Below are positions 1 to 34,715 of a DNA stretch of 64,000 nucleotides, piece after piece. The position numbers were made by a program, and so were the translations under genes. The DNA lies in assembly GCF_009914755.1 (NCBI RefSeq), contig NC_060933.1; one strand, written 5' to 3'. The DNA comes from the human T2T-CHM13v2.0 reference genome, Homo sapiens. Below the pieces are notes generated by a model, which saw nothing but the letters and a program-made list of their open reading frames with translations, made no database searches and was not told where the DNA came from. Each line of letters begins with the position of its first letter. Position 1 is the first letter of the stretch.

Positions 1-2309
1 ACCTCAGCCTGCACAGAGTGGCTAAGGTCCAAGCCGGGCATGCCTGGGGCTCTCGGGCAGAGCGTACCCTGGCCGACGGGTTGTCCGGCCTTCTGGTGGG
101 TGTGCTGGGCGCAATGCCATTCCCACCACCTGTAAATAAAGCAGCCTGTGAATCTTTCATGGGTTTGTGCTTAAAAATAGATGAGGTGAGCCCTCTGGGC
201 TGGCTGCCCAGACCTCTGCAGCAGGCGGGGCGGTCCACACTCTCCCTAGGGAGTCAGGGAGGGCGGGTGAGGGCTCCAAGGGGCGCTGGCCAGGGCACGT
301 GGGACCTTGGGACATATGGCCCCAGATGTAGGAGCCAACAGGAGGTCACGCCTTTGGATGTCCCATCCGGAGCTCTTAGGTCACAGGCTGGGGTGGGAGT
401 GAGGGGCAGAGCACACCCCACAGGGTCCTTCTCCTGCCAGGATGATGTCTGGGCTGGGAGACAGAGGACACAGGTGGATGGAGAGGACAGGGGCGGGGAG
501 GCATCAGGAGACAGAAGGGAGGAGACGGCCCAGGGAGGAGGGGCCCACACTGCAGTAGCCCTTCCCTGCCCAGAGCAGCTGTGCCCTATGCACGGCCTCT
601 CGCACCCAGCACACCTGTGTCTAAGTGGAGCCTCTGAGGAGCAGGGAGCCCGGGCAAGTCGGGCTCCGTGGCAGGAAGTACCAGAGCAGACGCAGAGCTC
701 CGGCCTCTGACGCAGCCATGGCTGGAGCTCACACAGGACCACGGAGGCCCAGAGGGTGCCTGGGTCCCAGTCCGAGAGGGGTGTGGTGTGGGGCTGAAGA
801 GCCCAGGGTCAGGGTCAGGCAGCCCGACCCAGCGAGGAGACCCTGGGTGACCTTGGATCAGCCCTGCCTCTCTAGGCCTCAGTTTCCCTTTCGTGCAGGG
901 TGCGTGTGATGATTCAGTGGGACCGAGGCTTGGGACGGCCCAGGCCAGCCCAAGCAAGGCAGGGATGAAGGCCCAGCCCCCAGCCTCGGCCTCACCCCAT
1001 GGCTTTTTACTCACTGCTGAGGGCGGCGTCCAATCAGGCCTAGGGCCTCCAAGCCCCCTCCTCTGGTATCTCGCCTAGGGCACAGGAGGGAGGCAAGTGC
1101 CCCAGAGAATGGGCGGTTCAGGAGCCCCCTCCACTACCAAGGCTGCCCCACCCACCACAGCGGGCTCTGCTCCCTGAGCCCCTCCAAGGGCCTCCCGACT
1201 GTGGCGGGGCTTGGAGCAGCTGATCCCACTGGGGCAGAGGAGCCGAGGTCCCAACCCCAGCAAGCGGGGGCAGGGGGGCCTGGGCTGCAGTCGGCTCCTC
1301 CTTCACCCTTCCCCCAAATACCTCCAGAGCACCTATTTCCCCAGTTTCCCCACCGGCAGTGGTGTCCAGGGGCTTGGCTCTTGCAGGGTGGCCCTGGCTC
1401 TGGCCCTGCGCCCTGCCCATGATGTGGTCGGAAGGGCCTTTGGCAGCACCGGTCCAAGCCTTAGCAAACCCAACTGGGGGCTCAGAGCCGCCCCCCAATT
1501 TCGGGAGCGACTTCACCTTTCCACAGGATCATCCTCTTGGCAAGATGAGGCTGAGGCCGGGGGTTCGGGGCTCAGCATCGAAAGCCGGGGCCTGGGTGCC
1601 ACAGGCCGTGACCTCTTCCACCAAATGAGAGAAACGGCAAGACCTCCAGGAAGGGCCGTCGGAGCCCAGACGAGGCTGCAGCTTCCTTTGGTGAAGCGTC
1701 CGAGGGCCGGCTCTGGCGCCTACAGGGGCTTCCGACGCTGGGTCCTTCTCAGGCTGAGCGCCGCACTCCCACGGCCACCCGGGTGGTGCACACAGTTTCC
1801 AGGGTGTCCAGGCAGCCCCCAGTGGACCTGGTGTCCACGTCCTCCTCTGAACCATGCCAGGCCTGGGCCGTGGGCATCCGTGCTGCCGTGTGGGGCAGGG
1901 GCCTGTGTCCTGGGGCCGTGTCAGGCCTGGGCTCCTGTGGGCAGAGGCAGGCGGGCTTCCCTCCCCACCCGACCGCCCACCCGTGGGTTTGCTTCCAACA
2001 CCCTCTACTCTGCTCCTGGCCCATGGCAGGTGCCCCATTGGTGAGTGAATGAGTGACGGAAGGAGGGAGGAATCCGCCCTTCCGATCCCAGTGGCAGCGT
2101 GGACTGTGCAGAGCCTGGAGCCCTCAGTCGTCAGGGGCCACCTGGGAAACGACGCACCGAGAGCCTCTGGACATCCTGGGAAGGAGCGGCCTTCGGGGAT
2201 GGTGGCTGGGCTTCAGCCAGCACCAGGGGCAGCCTCCGAGATCCAGACAATGGGGCAATGACTGGGACCCAGTGAGGGAGGAGAAGAGGATCTGGAGCCT
2301 GGGAACCTA

Positions 2310-2620
2310 AGGCTGTTTCACGCTGACTCCGTAGAACAAAATCAAATGGAAACACATCAGCTACGACAGGAAATAACCTCTCCGTTTACATAGGGCATAT
2401 ACCAAGTAACCAGTGGAAACCTCTGGAGCATATTTAGACCCCAGGCAGTTCTGTAACAGGGCTCCCGACCCCCTGTGCTCAGCCCGGCTCCCACTGCACT
2501 GTGGAGTGCGCGTTCATGTTCCACACGTCTCTGCCTTTGCTGCTTCCTTCTTCCGTTGCTTTGTGCATTTTGTCCAATTCTTTGTTCATGATGCCAAGAA
2601 CCTGGACACCCTCTGCCGGA
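2310..2620 (+). mobile_element. ERV1-class (MER4-group-like) LTR fragment
   Basis: 3' end ttttgtccaattctttgttcatgatgccaagaacctggacacc typical of ERV1 LTR U5; subfamily and 5' limit uncertain. Confidence 0.6.
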
Positions 2621-3280
2621 CATGAGGCTGTGCTGACCTGCCCTCGGCTCGGCCGGCGTCTGCCCCACACTCTCCATTTTCTTCTTTTCCATCCCAGAGG
2701 GTTGGGGTGTCTGAGCCCAAGTTGAATTCCAGGTGGAGCTGTGACTTAAATGTCATCAAGGAGACTCCAGCAGGAGTCCAGAGGCCACAGTGAGGGCGGG
2801 CGCACGGCAGGCAGGGAGAGAGAGAGGAGGGCAGGACCTGGGTGAGGAGGGAACCAGAGGAGCTGCCCCGGGCGCCTAGCCCAGCTGTGCAGGTTGTGCA
2901 CTGCACAAGCCTAGAGGGTGTCAGCAACACTAACTACACCTGCAGCCGTGCCTTCCGGAGCAGAGGACACAGGGCTCTGGCCTTTGACCTATACCACGCC
3001 CCTTACCACCCCAAGGCCTCAGCACAAGAGCCCTGAGTGCAGGTGAGTAGGTCAGGTCCTCTTGCCTCTGGGTAAGAGGTGAGGGTTAAGGTCCAGCAGC
3101 TCAGCCACCCAGCTCCCACCCTCCCCGCCCTGCCGCACCCTGCCTGAGTCACAGCCCCGTCTGAGTCACAGCCTTGGGCAGGTGTGGCAGACGGTGGCCA
3201 TCCCTGCCGAGCTGACTGCAGCCCTGCCTGCTCCTGGGAGCCGCCTTCCGAGAGCCTGCAGGTCACCTGTGCTGCCCCTG

Positions 3281-3478
3281 GCAGGGTTGCCAGATTTATC
3301 AAACAAAACAAAAACCTAGGGCTCAGGTTAGATCTGCACTTCAGATTGGCAAGGAAGAATATTTTGGCATAAACGTGTCCCGTGTAATATGGGGACATAC
3401 TTATACTAAAAAATGTTATTTGTTGTTTATCTGAAACTCAGATCTAACTGGGTGTCCTGTATTTCAGCTGGCGACCCC
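3281..3478. mobile_element. MER53 palindromic hAT MITE
   Basis: agggttgccag...ctggcgaccc terminal inverted repeats; internal gggacatacttatactaaaaaa. Confidence 0.8.
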
Positions 3479-4328
3479 TTCCCCAGCCTAGGGCCAAGTC
3501 CAGCAAGGCCGCCCCTGGATTCTCCCCAAGGCCTCTGCGAAGGGCTGGGCAGCACTGCCCTCTGGTGGACAGGCCCCGGGATGGGGTAGGGTGGGGTGGG
3601 GTGGAGGCAGCGCCAGGCCACAGGGCAGAGGGACGGAGGGATGACGGGGGACATGTGGCCCCAGACGCGGGAGCCCACAGGAGGTCACGCCTTTGGATCT
3701 ACCATCCTTCGTCCTTAAAGCGTCCCCAGGGGCACTTGCCACTTGCCATGCTCCAACCTTCCGCACAATCCGAGTCCTCTGATGAGCGCTGGGCTGGGCG
3801 GGTACCACCCCAGGAATCCGCGGCCCCTCCAATACTCAGCAGCGCCAGGCAGGAGCCTCCCAGCCCCACCCACGGGGTGCGTCCTCCGAGCAGTGGGTGC
3901 CCCCGGGCCGCTAGTGGGAACCAGCATGGAGCGGCCCTGAGACTGCGGCTCTGCCTGCATGACTGGAGCTGCACAGGCGCCTCCGAGCGTTTGAGGTGCA
4001 CTGAAGTTCCTCCCCTCTGCAAGTCCACCCATCGTAGTTTCTGGGCTTGGGGAATTAGTTTTCCCTCCCTCCCTCCCTCCCTCCCTTCTCTTCCTTTCTC
4101 CTTCCCCATTCCTTCCAGTTTCTGGGTGTCCTTCATCCGCATCCCCGGCGCCCCCAGTTTGCTGTTGCTCAATGGCCAGGACCCTCCGCACAGGGCGCGA
4201 TGCCTGGGGGCCCCGGGCCCTTTGCCTTCAGGGGCTCCTTGCTTGATAAAAATACATTGAAAATTATATTTTATGAGTGTGTTGGTGTAAAGACAGATAC
4301 AATCTTCCACTCTAAACATTCATTTCCA

Positions 4329-4668
<340 letters not shown>

Positions 4669-6010
4669 TCACCTGTATAAATAAAGGCAGACACATTCTC
4701 TTGCCAGCACACTGCACTGCCCAGCACTGTGGGGCCTGGCTGGGCACAGTGCCCGGGCCCTGGGCCTTCCTCCTCCCCAGCCTCCCAGAGAACCCTGCTG
4801 AGAGCACCTGGCTGCGGCCCTGGGGCGACGTCAGGTGGCTCTGTTTTCACGCCACCTTCTTAATAAGCAGGCAGAAGCCAGGCGGGCCAGGAGAATGTGT
4901 CCTAGCCCGCAAGACAGATGGTCAAGAGGCCTGGCAGGAGCCCAGTGTCTGCCTGGTGAGACCACAGCTGGTCAGGAGCCCATCCCCACAGGCCCAGGGT
5001 CATGGTAGGCTGCACCCCCTGGGGAAAGCCTGCCTTCAGGGAGCTCGGCCTTGTGGGGGAGCCCCACACGTCCCCCCAGGCAGGCACCCGGGTCCTGATC
5101 CGTCTGAGCTTTAGGTGAAACCCCCCTTCCCTCTGTGCATCCTGCTCCATCTCCTAGGCTCACCTTCTGTCGAGGAGGGCTGAGCGTCCCCCGTGGAGTC
5201 GAGCACAGCAGGGCCAGGATCTTCTCAGGGACCCCCCGTGCCAGCTGCACGCACGGCTCTCCGCAGGGCTGGTGAACCCGTTCCCTGGAGGAATTTACAC
5301 ACCACGGGCTCACACGGCCAGTGCCGATGTGCACTGCTCCCCTTACGTGACATGGGACGGTGACAGGTGTTCGGCCGCCTGCTGTCTTTGCACGTCCATG
5401 TGCCCTGAGTGTCTCCGGCCAGGGCCACCTGGCACCAGCTGCTGTCTGTGCCACAGTACCGGTTCTAACCAGCCCCGCCGAGGGGCCCCGGGCGCCCAGG
5501 AAGCCACACACCAACACTCCCACCAAGGGCTGTGGGTTGCACAGACCAAGCCCAGAAGCCCACGGGAGGGCAGGAGGTGACAGATGCTGGGAGGTGAGGG
5601 TCCCTGGGGCCCCCTGGGGCCTGGCCACCGCACACCCTGTAGGACACACTAGGTCTAGACAGGTAGGCTGTGATTAAAACACAATAGGAGGCCTGGAGAT
5701 TCGACCTGGTGCAGAACTTCCCTGGGCGACACCAGACCCTGCAACACAGGCCCTCAGCAGATTCTCACCGCAGCCCCGACAGCAGGGTGGGCTCCAGGCT
5801 GTGCGGGTGAACAGCTGGGGTGTCAAGAGGAGGAGCTGCCCCTCCAAGTCACGTGGTTGAGGCCGTGCAGCCAGGACTGGGGTCTCCTAGGCCAGTCCAG
5901 GACTCAGCTCTCCACCACTGCCTGCACCTCCACCCCCCAGCCTGGCGGAGCCTGGGGGGCCTGGGGCGCAAATGAGGCCCAAAGATGTTTTTATTCAGAT
6001 TGCAAGATTC

Positions 6011-6362
6011 CTCCCCCTCCTCCCTCCCCTCCCCCTCCTCCCTCCCCTCCCCCTCCTCCCTGCCCTCCTTCCCCTCCCCCTCCTCCCTCCCCTCCCCCTC
6101 CTCCCTCCCCTCCCCCTCCTCCCTGCCCTCCTTCCCCTCCCCCTCCTCCCTCCCCTCCCCCTCCTCCCTCCCCTCCTTCCCCCTCCTCCTCCCCCCTCCC
6201 CCTCCTCCTCCCCCCTCCCCCTCCTCCTCCCCCTCCCCCTCCTCCTTCCCCCTCCCCCTCCTCCTTCCCCCTCCCCCTCCTCCTTCCCCCTCCCCTTCCT
6301 CCTTCCCCCTCCTATCATCCCTCTCTTTTCCCCTCTTCCCTCTCCCTTCTCCTCCTTCCTCC
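6011..6362 (+). repeat. Homopyrimidine (C/T) low-complexity tract
   Basis: ~350 nt almost only C/T in ctcccctcc units. Confidence 0.95.
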
Positions 6363-6572
6363 ATCCTTATCTCAACACCCTTGCTGGTCTCTCAGGAGCT
6401 TCTAGAGGGAGGAAAAGAAAGTCACAGCTCCACTGAGGGACCCTGATCAGGCCGAAGTCCAGCCAGGCTCAGGGGGAGGCCAAGGGGACTCTGGACTGGG
6501 AGCGTCAGGAGCCGCAGGGTCAGCGGCCTGAGCCCAAGGGGCCCTTCGTAGCAGAGCTGAGCAAGCCCCAGG

Positions 6573-6725
6573 GTGTGTGTGTGTGCACGTGTGTGTGTGC
6601 GCGTGTGTGTGCCTGTGCGTGTCAGTGAGCTCTCCGGAAGGAGTGTGTGTGCATGAGTGGGCGTGAGGGAGCTAGCCCTGGCGTGCGCCTGCGTGTGAGA
6701 GCGTGTGCGTGTGTGCGTGCGTGCA
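6573..6725. repeat. Degenerate (GT/GC)n microsatellite
   Basis: gtgtgtgt / gcgtgt runs. Confidence 0.8.
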
Positions 6726-7464
6726 TGTACATGCCTCCACCCCTCTGCTGAGGTATGGAATCAGCGGTGGTCAGCACGGGGACAGAGACAGGCAAGGTGG
6801 GTCCTACCAGATGGGGCTTGGGGGCTAGTGGGGAGCCCAGCAGGAACGGGTGTCTGCATGACCTGTTGGATCAGGAGGGCCTCCACGAAAGGGAGGTCAT
6901 AGGAGCTGGTCCCCCAGGGTGGATTGCTCACGGGGCCATCAGGCGGGTGGTTGGAATTCCTGGCATAGGGAATAGCATTGGCTCCAAGGCAAGGCAGGAC
7001 CAGATGAATTCTGGGACCAAAAGAAGACGGGACCAGAGGAGGATGGGTAGGGGGCTAGTGAGGCTGGGGTCCCAGGGAAGGGCAGTCTGTTCCCCCGAGG
7101 TTGTGCCTGGGGAGAGAGGGAAGCAGCCCCCCGAAGGGCCGCTGCCCCAGAGTCCAGTCAGCGCTGCCACCAGGGAGTCCCACGAGACTGGGGTGGGCTG
7201 CGTCTCTGCCTCAGCTACCCCCAGGGGTACCCTGCTCTCTGGAGCAGGTTATGATAGAAAGCCACCCGTTCAAAGTCTCTGACCCAGAAATGTCACCTGC
7301 AGGAATCTGTCCCCAGTTAATAATTAAGGAACGGGACACAGACATAGCCAGTTGTGCAAACAGTGTGTTTCAGAAAAAGAGACAGTTTAGACATCCTAAG
7401 TACCCACCAAGAGACACTTGGTTGCATAAATTACGGTCGATCCAGGAAACAGAACATTATGCAA

Positions 7465-7763
7465 CTTTTTTTTTTTTTTTTGAGACGGAGCCTTGCTCTG
7501 TCACCCAGGCTGGAGTGCAGTGGCGTGACCTCGGCTCACTGCAAGCTCCTCCTCTTGGGTTGAAGTGATTCTCCTGCCTCAGCTCCCCAGTAGTTGGGAC
7601 TACAAGCACACGCCACCACGCCCGGCTAATTTTTGTATTTTTAATAGAGATGGGGTTTCACCACGTTGGCCAGGCTCATCTCGATCTCCTGACTTCAGGT
7701 GATCCACCCACCTCGGCCTCCCAAAGTGCTGGGATTACAGGTGTGAGCCACCATGCCTGGCAG
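7465..7763 (-). mobile_element. Alu
   Basis: Poly-T followed by reverse-complement Alu. Confidence 0.9.
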
Positions 7764-8048
7764 CAACTTTTACGGTGGAGCTGAGGTCCAGAATGTCCTG
7801 AACTTGAATTCATATCCCTTTAAAGGAGGTGCACATTCCCCAGGATCCTGGAGATCGGCCTGAAGACCCACAGGGATCTCACGGTGCTGCCTGGTCACCC
7901 TCACGAAGTCCACGATGTTGGGGAAAAAACAGTCTTTCTGATGCCCAAGGGAAGCTTTGCTTTTATGTTAGTGGTTACACAATTTCTTTTACATATCATC
8001 AGCAGGAAAACATCATGTTTAAAACTTTGCTTAGAACATGTGATTCCC

Positions 8049-8212
8049 CAAACGCTGCGTGCGGAAGGCCGCAGGGTCCTCTGCCTGGGAAAACCAGAGA
8101 CCTTTGTTCACTTGTTTATCTGCTGACCTTCCCTCCACTATTGTCCTATGACCCTGCCAAATCCCCCTCTGCGAGAAACACCCAAGAATGATCAATAAAA
8201 AAAAAAAAAAAA
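8049..8212 (+). mobile_element. 5'-truncated SVA (3' end of SINE-R) with poly(A) and 16-bp TSD
   Basis: gcggaaggccgcagggtcctctgcc...gagaaacacccaagaatgatcaataaa(A)n; TSD agaacatgtgattccc at 8033-8048 and 8213-8228. Confidence 0.9.
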
Positions 8213-8377
8213 AGAACATGTGATTCCCAATAATATGGCTGAGACCCTCAGTTCTTTTGAAAAAAGCAACAAGGTAAAGTAGCCCCTTTATGCAAAATGC
8301 ATATGTCTGTGCCTGTGTATGTTTTTACGGCTGTGTGACTGTGTGTGTGTACATATAGTCAAAAGTTCCCAATCTGT

Positions 8378-10364
<1,987 letters not shown>

Positions 10365-10779
10365 TCAAGACGTCAGTGATAAGGACATGAACAACAGCGA
10401 CAAGGGCTGTTTTAGAGGAACCCGCCTGAGGTTCCCGGCCCCAGCCTCTCGAAGGACGCAGCTCTGTGCTCAGCCCTGCCTCCCTTGTCTCTCCACCCCC
10501 ACCTTCCTGTGTGCTTCAGCCCACCTGGGACATCCGAATTTTCTCCAGGAGGAGCGGCAGGTACTAGGGTGATGACAGTTATGAACACGAGTCACAGCCC
10601 CGCTCGGTGGGATGGCCTCCTGTGTTCCCTGTGACTCGGACGCTGAACGTTGCTCACACGTTGACAGCATGGAGACGGTTTCACAGTCTGCTACTTTCGA
10701 GTTTATTGTGGTGTCTCTCTGCGTCACCCTCATTTTGAGCAGCTGTGGAGGATCCGGGGGCCCCAGCGCCCGCAGGATT

Positions 10780-11190
10780 CAGGTTTGTCTCCGCCGGCCA
10801 GGACATCCTCACAAAGCAGACGTTTCCTCCCCACGGGTCTGGAGGCTGGGGGTGGGGGCGCCCCGTGGTCCGGCTCTGGTGAGGGTCCTCTTCCTGGCAG
10901 ATCCTGGGAACCCGCCTGAGGTTCCCAGCCCTGGCCTCTCTAAGGATCCAGCCCTTTTCCCCGTTCTCAGCCCTGCCTCCCTTCTCTAGTGCCTTCTTGC
11001 TGCGTCCTGACGCGAGGGTGGGATAAGGAATAAGGGGAGGGCACCTGTGCCCTTTCTACTAAGGCCCACCCTCATGACCTCATCCACCCCCAGGCACCTC
11101 CCATAGGCTACATCGTCAATACCCTCTCCTTGCAGGTTAGGGCTTCCAGGAAGGAATTTAGGGGGGACACGATTCAGTCCCCCCACTTAC
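10780..11190. mobile_element. MLT1-type MaLR LTR (old)
   Basis: tctggaggctggg...aggcccaccctcatgacctcat...gggggacacgattcagtcc. Confidence 0.6.
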
Positions 11191-11212
11191 ACCTTTGCAA
11201 ATAGCAAGAGAG

Positions 11213-14546
<3,334 letters not shown>

Positions 14547-14729
14547 CTTGAGTTATTTCCGTACTTCACTTCCACATTCAGCCTGTAAAAGCCTGCTGCT
14601 CACACTGCTAAGACAGAGCTCCCAGAGCCTCTTCCACCTTTGAGTGCTGCCTGATTCATGCCTCCTTTAATGCTCAAATCAACTCTGTTACATCTATTTT
14701 GTCTAAAGTAGGAAGAATCCTCAAATAAG

Positions 14730-17730
<3,001 letters not shown>

Positions 17731-17732
17731 TG

Positions 17733-17905
17733 TGCTCACCGGCTTGCTGTCAATAAATACGTGGGTAAATCTCTGTTCGAGGCTCTCAGCTCTGAAGGCT
17801 GTGAGACCCGATTTCCTATTTCACACCTCTATATTTCTCTGTGTGTGTCTTTAATTCCTCTAACGCCGCTCGGATAGGGTCTCCCCGACTGAGCTGGTCT
17901 CAGCA
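17733..17905 (+). mobile_element. MER9 (HERV-K HML-3) LTR 3' portion
   Basis: gcttgctgtcaataaatacgtgggtaaatctctgttcgaggctctcag...gagctggtctcagca. Confidence 0.75.
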
Positions 17906-17930
17906 CGTCTCTACTAAAAATACAAAAAAA

Positions 17931-18217
<287 letters not shown>

Positions 18218-19699
18218 GGTCTGGGTGTGAGTAGGGGATGCCTGGGGAAGAGACGCAGTTATAGCAGTTGGAATGGGACATGCCAGTTTTGCAGCAGGGC
18301 AGGGAGAGCAATGGGCCCCCTGCTTGGGGAGGAAACTCCCAGGCCTCAGGACGAATGGGAAGGAAAGACAGGGCAGGAAGGTCCTCCACTTTCAGAATTG
18401 TCCCCGGAGCCTGCCCCGAAGGTGTGTGTGATCCTGTGTCTCTGCGTCTGTGTCTGTGCAGTGGACCTTTCGTTTACCTGTCGTTTGCCCTGGCCAGGGT
18501 TTGAGCTCAGGGCCTCAGGCCACGAAAGGCCCTAGAAACAGCAAGGCACGGCCCAGTTCCCGCCCCCACACCTGAGATACCAGTCAGCACCTCCCGGGTC
18601 CTCTGCCCCATTCATGTTCCAGGCAGGTGGATGTCACCCATTGGTGGCGTAGAAACAAGGGCCCCAAAACGAGAACTAGACCCATTCAAACTGAACTGGA
18701 ACCCGGCCAGTGCCCATTCCATGAACACTTGATGGGCTAGTGGCCACGGACAGTGTGCAGGTTCTGGGCCAGGCCTGCAGATGCAAAGGAGAACGTGGTC
18801 ACTGGTCCCTGCCTGGAGGGAGCACCGCGTCCCGCGGGCCCTGCTGGGAAATGCCTTTTTGGAAGATCTCGGGGACAGGGTCACCCAGGGCCGGCTATGC
18901 GCTCACCAGGCACTCCTCCCAGGGCGGGCCATCTCCCTCCTGGCAGCCTGGGAGTGGCACTGAGGCTGCGCTCATCCTTCTCATGGCCCACACCTTCCCC
19001 AGATCCTGACCCACGGATCACGCTCTCCTGCGCCCCTCCCCCAGGAAGCCCTCCTCGGGAGACCCTCCAGAACTTTCTTGGCCGCGGTCTTGGCCTGGCT
19101 CACATTGACGGAAGGTGTGGGCTCCTGCACCCTCCAGCTGAGCTCCCTGCAGGCCGGACCGACCACCACTGCCCTGCACCCACTCCCCCTGGCCCTGGGA
19201 CAGCCCTCCTGCAGGAGGAGGACAGGCCATGCAGGGAAGCACATGCTCTCCCAGCTGTAAACATGGCAAGGCCTCCCTCCAGGCCGGGAGAAGCCTACGT
19301 GTTGGCCTCTTGGTGCTTGTGCTCTGTGTCCCACCCTCTCGTACTGCTCTTCCCTTTCTTGGGCTCCGGGACCCTCGCTGGCAGAGAGACAGTGCTTGGA
19401 TCGAGGGAGAGAGGAAAGGTCACTTGGGGACATGGCAGTCCCTCTTCCCAGCCTGGGCTACGGCTACCTTGGGGGTCACTGAGACTGGGAGGGTCTGCCT
19501 GCTACTTTCTCCCACTGGCCCCTCTCCCCTTCCTCACGTTGCCTCCAGCCCTGTCCATCCAGGTCGCTGGCCTAGGCCACTGCCACACCCCCAGGCCCAC
19601 CCCTCCTTTCTATACCTGGCATAGAACCCTGACCCCATTGCCCCCTGGCCTTGTCCCTCTCTGTTTAACTCCCTGCCATGCAATTCTGTGGGGAGGGGC

Positions 19700-21190
<1,491 letters not shown>

Positions 21191-21848
21191 GCACCCCACG
21201 CGGAGGCGAAGGAAGTGTCCTCCCGGCGAGTGGCCAAGGCGCGGGGTCTCAGCCAGGAGGGAAGGGTCGGACCCCGGGGCGGGCTGCAGGCTCGGCCAGC
21301 CCAGGGCTCCGCGCGTCTGACCCCATCCTGAGGACCCAGGGGAAGGACCAGCCCTGGCTCTGCGGCCTCGAACCGGGGGCGCGCGTGGGGAGCCCTGAAC
21401 CCCGCAGCCTGCGTAGCGCACGGGGCCTCTCTCCAGCGTGGGAAGAGCCCCCGAGACGCCCAGGAGCCCGACAGGCGCGCCCCCGGCCCCGGCTCCGCCT
21501 CCCGGCCCATCCCGCGCGCCCCCAGCCCCTCCCGCAGCACCGTTGCATGAGGGGCGGGGTCTGCGGGTGGGCGGGGCCTCGGTGCCCGCCCCCTCCTCAG
21601 CCGAGCCGGGGGTCGAAGGCGGGCCGCGCGCCAAGCCCCGCCCCCGCGCGCCTCCGCCGCGACCCTCCCCCGCGCGCCCCCGCCGCGCCGCCGTCGGCCG
21701 ACAGAAAGGCGCGCGCCCTCGCCTTTAACGCGGGCCCGGGGGCGCGCGGCCCGCATGGCGAGGGAGCGGCGGCCGCTGCGGGCCGGGCCGGGCCGGGGCT
21801 GAGGCCGAGCGAGCCGCGGGGCCCGCGCAGCCCCGGCCGGAGCCCACC

Positions 21849-32955
<11,107 letters not shown>

Positions 32956-33198
32956 TGGGGCAGTGAGGGGCCTGGCCACCCTTCCTGGAGCTGGCCAGGT
33001 GCCAGGGTCCAGCCCTCCCTCAAGGAATCCTGTCAGAAGATGTGAAATGCAACTGTGTTGCAAAATCACTCCCCTACCGTCAGGGCTCTGGATTCCAGCA
33101 CCACAGACATGAGACCCCAGCTCGGAGCAAAGGCGGACATGGACATCCCGGCAGGAGAGTCCTCCAAGGGGGTTTGTTACTCTGAAGAACGTAATGTC

Positions 33199-33204
33199 AA
33201 TAAA
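33199..33204 (+). terminator. DIPK1B proximal poly(A) signal AATAAA (distal AATAAA at 33879-33884)
   Basis: AATAAA 244 nt after the stop codon. Confidence 0.7.
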
Positions 33205-34315
33205 CAGCTTTTATGTAATGCCCAGGGCTGAGCACCCTGAGCCCCCATCGATGCTGTGTGTGGGACCCTTCGCCCCGCTGTGGATCCACCCAGCCCAGGC
33301 ACTCAGGCTGGGGTTGAGCCCCTGAATCCTTCCTGGCGAGGCAGCCCTCAGGTGTTAGTCCAAGGTGAGGTCTATTGCAGAGCTGCCTGCCCTTCAACCC
33401 ACACACACCTCTGAAGCCGCCAGGGCAGTTCCCCAAACACAGCGGCTTCTGAAACAGTCAATGACCAGTACCCCCCAAACCTGGGCTGTGCACAACAGAC
33501 CAAGAAAAAGGTGTTCCAGTAAGAAAACAGATATATGCGGTATTTTAAAAACTGATTTTACAAAATACAGCCATGAGATGTACAACTCATTCCCTAGGAA
33601 ACAGCCCAGGAATGGCCATCTTCTCCAGCCCCGTACGCTCTCCCCAGTAGCCCAGGGCACCCAGCAACCATCCCCTAGGAGAACAGGCAAGGACCCTCGT
33701 GGGAAGATCCCACCACAGCAACACCTTTCTTCAGGGCGGGCTCTGCTCCGCAATGTGTGAGTCAAGACAATCCATTCCATTCAAGACCAATTTACTCTCA
33801 AATTTTGCCAACACAGAAATATTATCCTTAAAGAAATGTGCATTTAAATCTTTTAATTCACTTCATCCTGTATTTTAAAATAAATGTTTTCCATATAGAT
33901 TTTCCCCTTGGGGGGGAAAAGAATTCAGGGTCTTAGGTTCCAGGCAGTTCAAAAACAGCCACGCGGTTCTTTTTTCTCCACCAGAATACCACAATAGCAG
34001 AACTTAAGAATCGGGATATGAAAAGGGAGGCGTGGTCCTGGCAGTGGCCCCTGGCCGGCAGGAATACACAGCAACACCCAGGCAGGGGCAGCGGGTGCCC
34101 CCATGCCAGCCTGCCCATCCCTGTAATGACAGCAGGGCAGGAGATGCAGCTGTGGCCCTGGGGGCAGGTGGGCTCTGAGGCTGCAAACACCCTGAGTGCC
34201 AGTGGTCCCAGAGGGGGTGAGGCCTCTATCTGTACCTTTATTCCAGCCAGCCTCCTGGCACAGGGCTGGGCCCACATCCTGGCCTCTGCATCTGAAAAAC
34301 AAACAAGGACAGTGA

Positions 34316-34715
<400 letters not shown>

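Noticed and set aside
5849-6446. Pro-rich / Gly-Glu-rich ORFs resembling extensin or RPGR-ORF15
   Set aside because: All frames are open because of the C/T low-complexity tract
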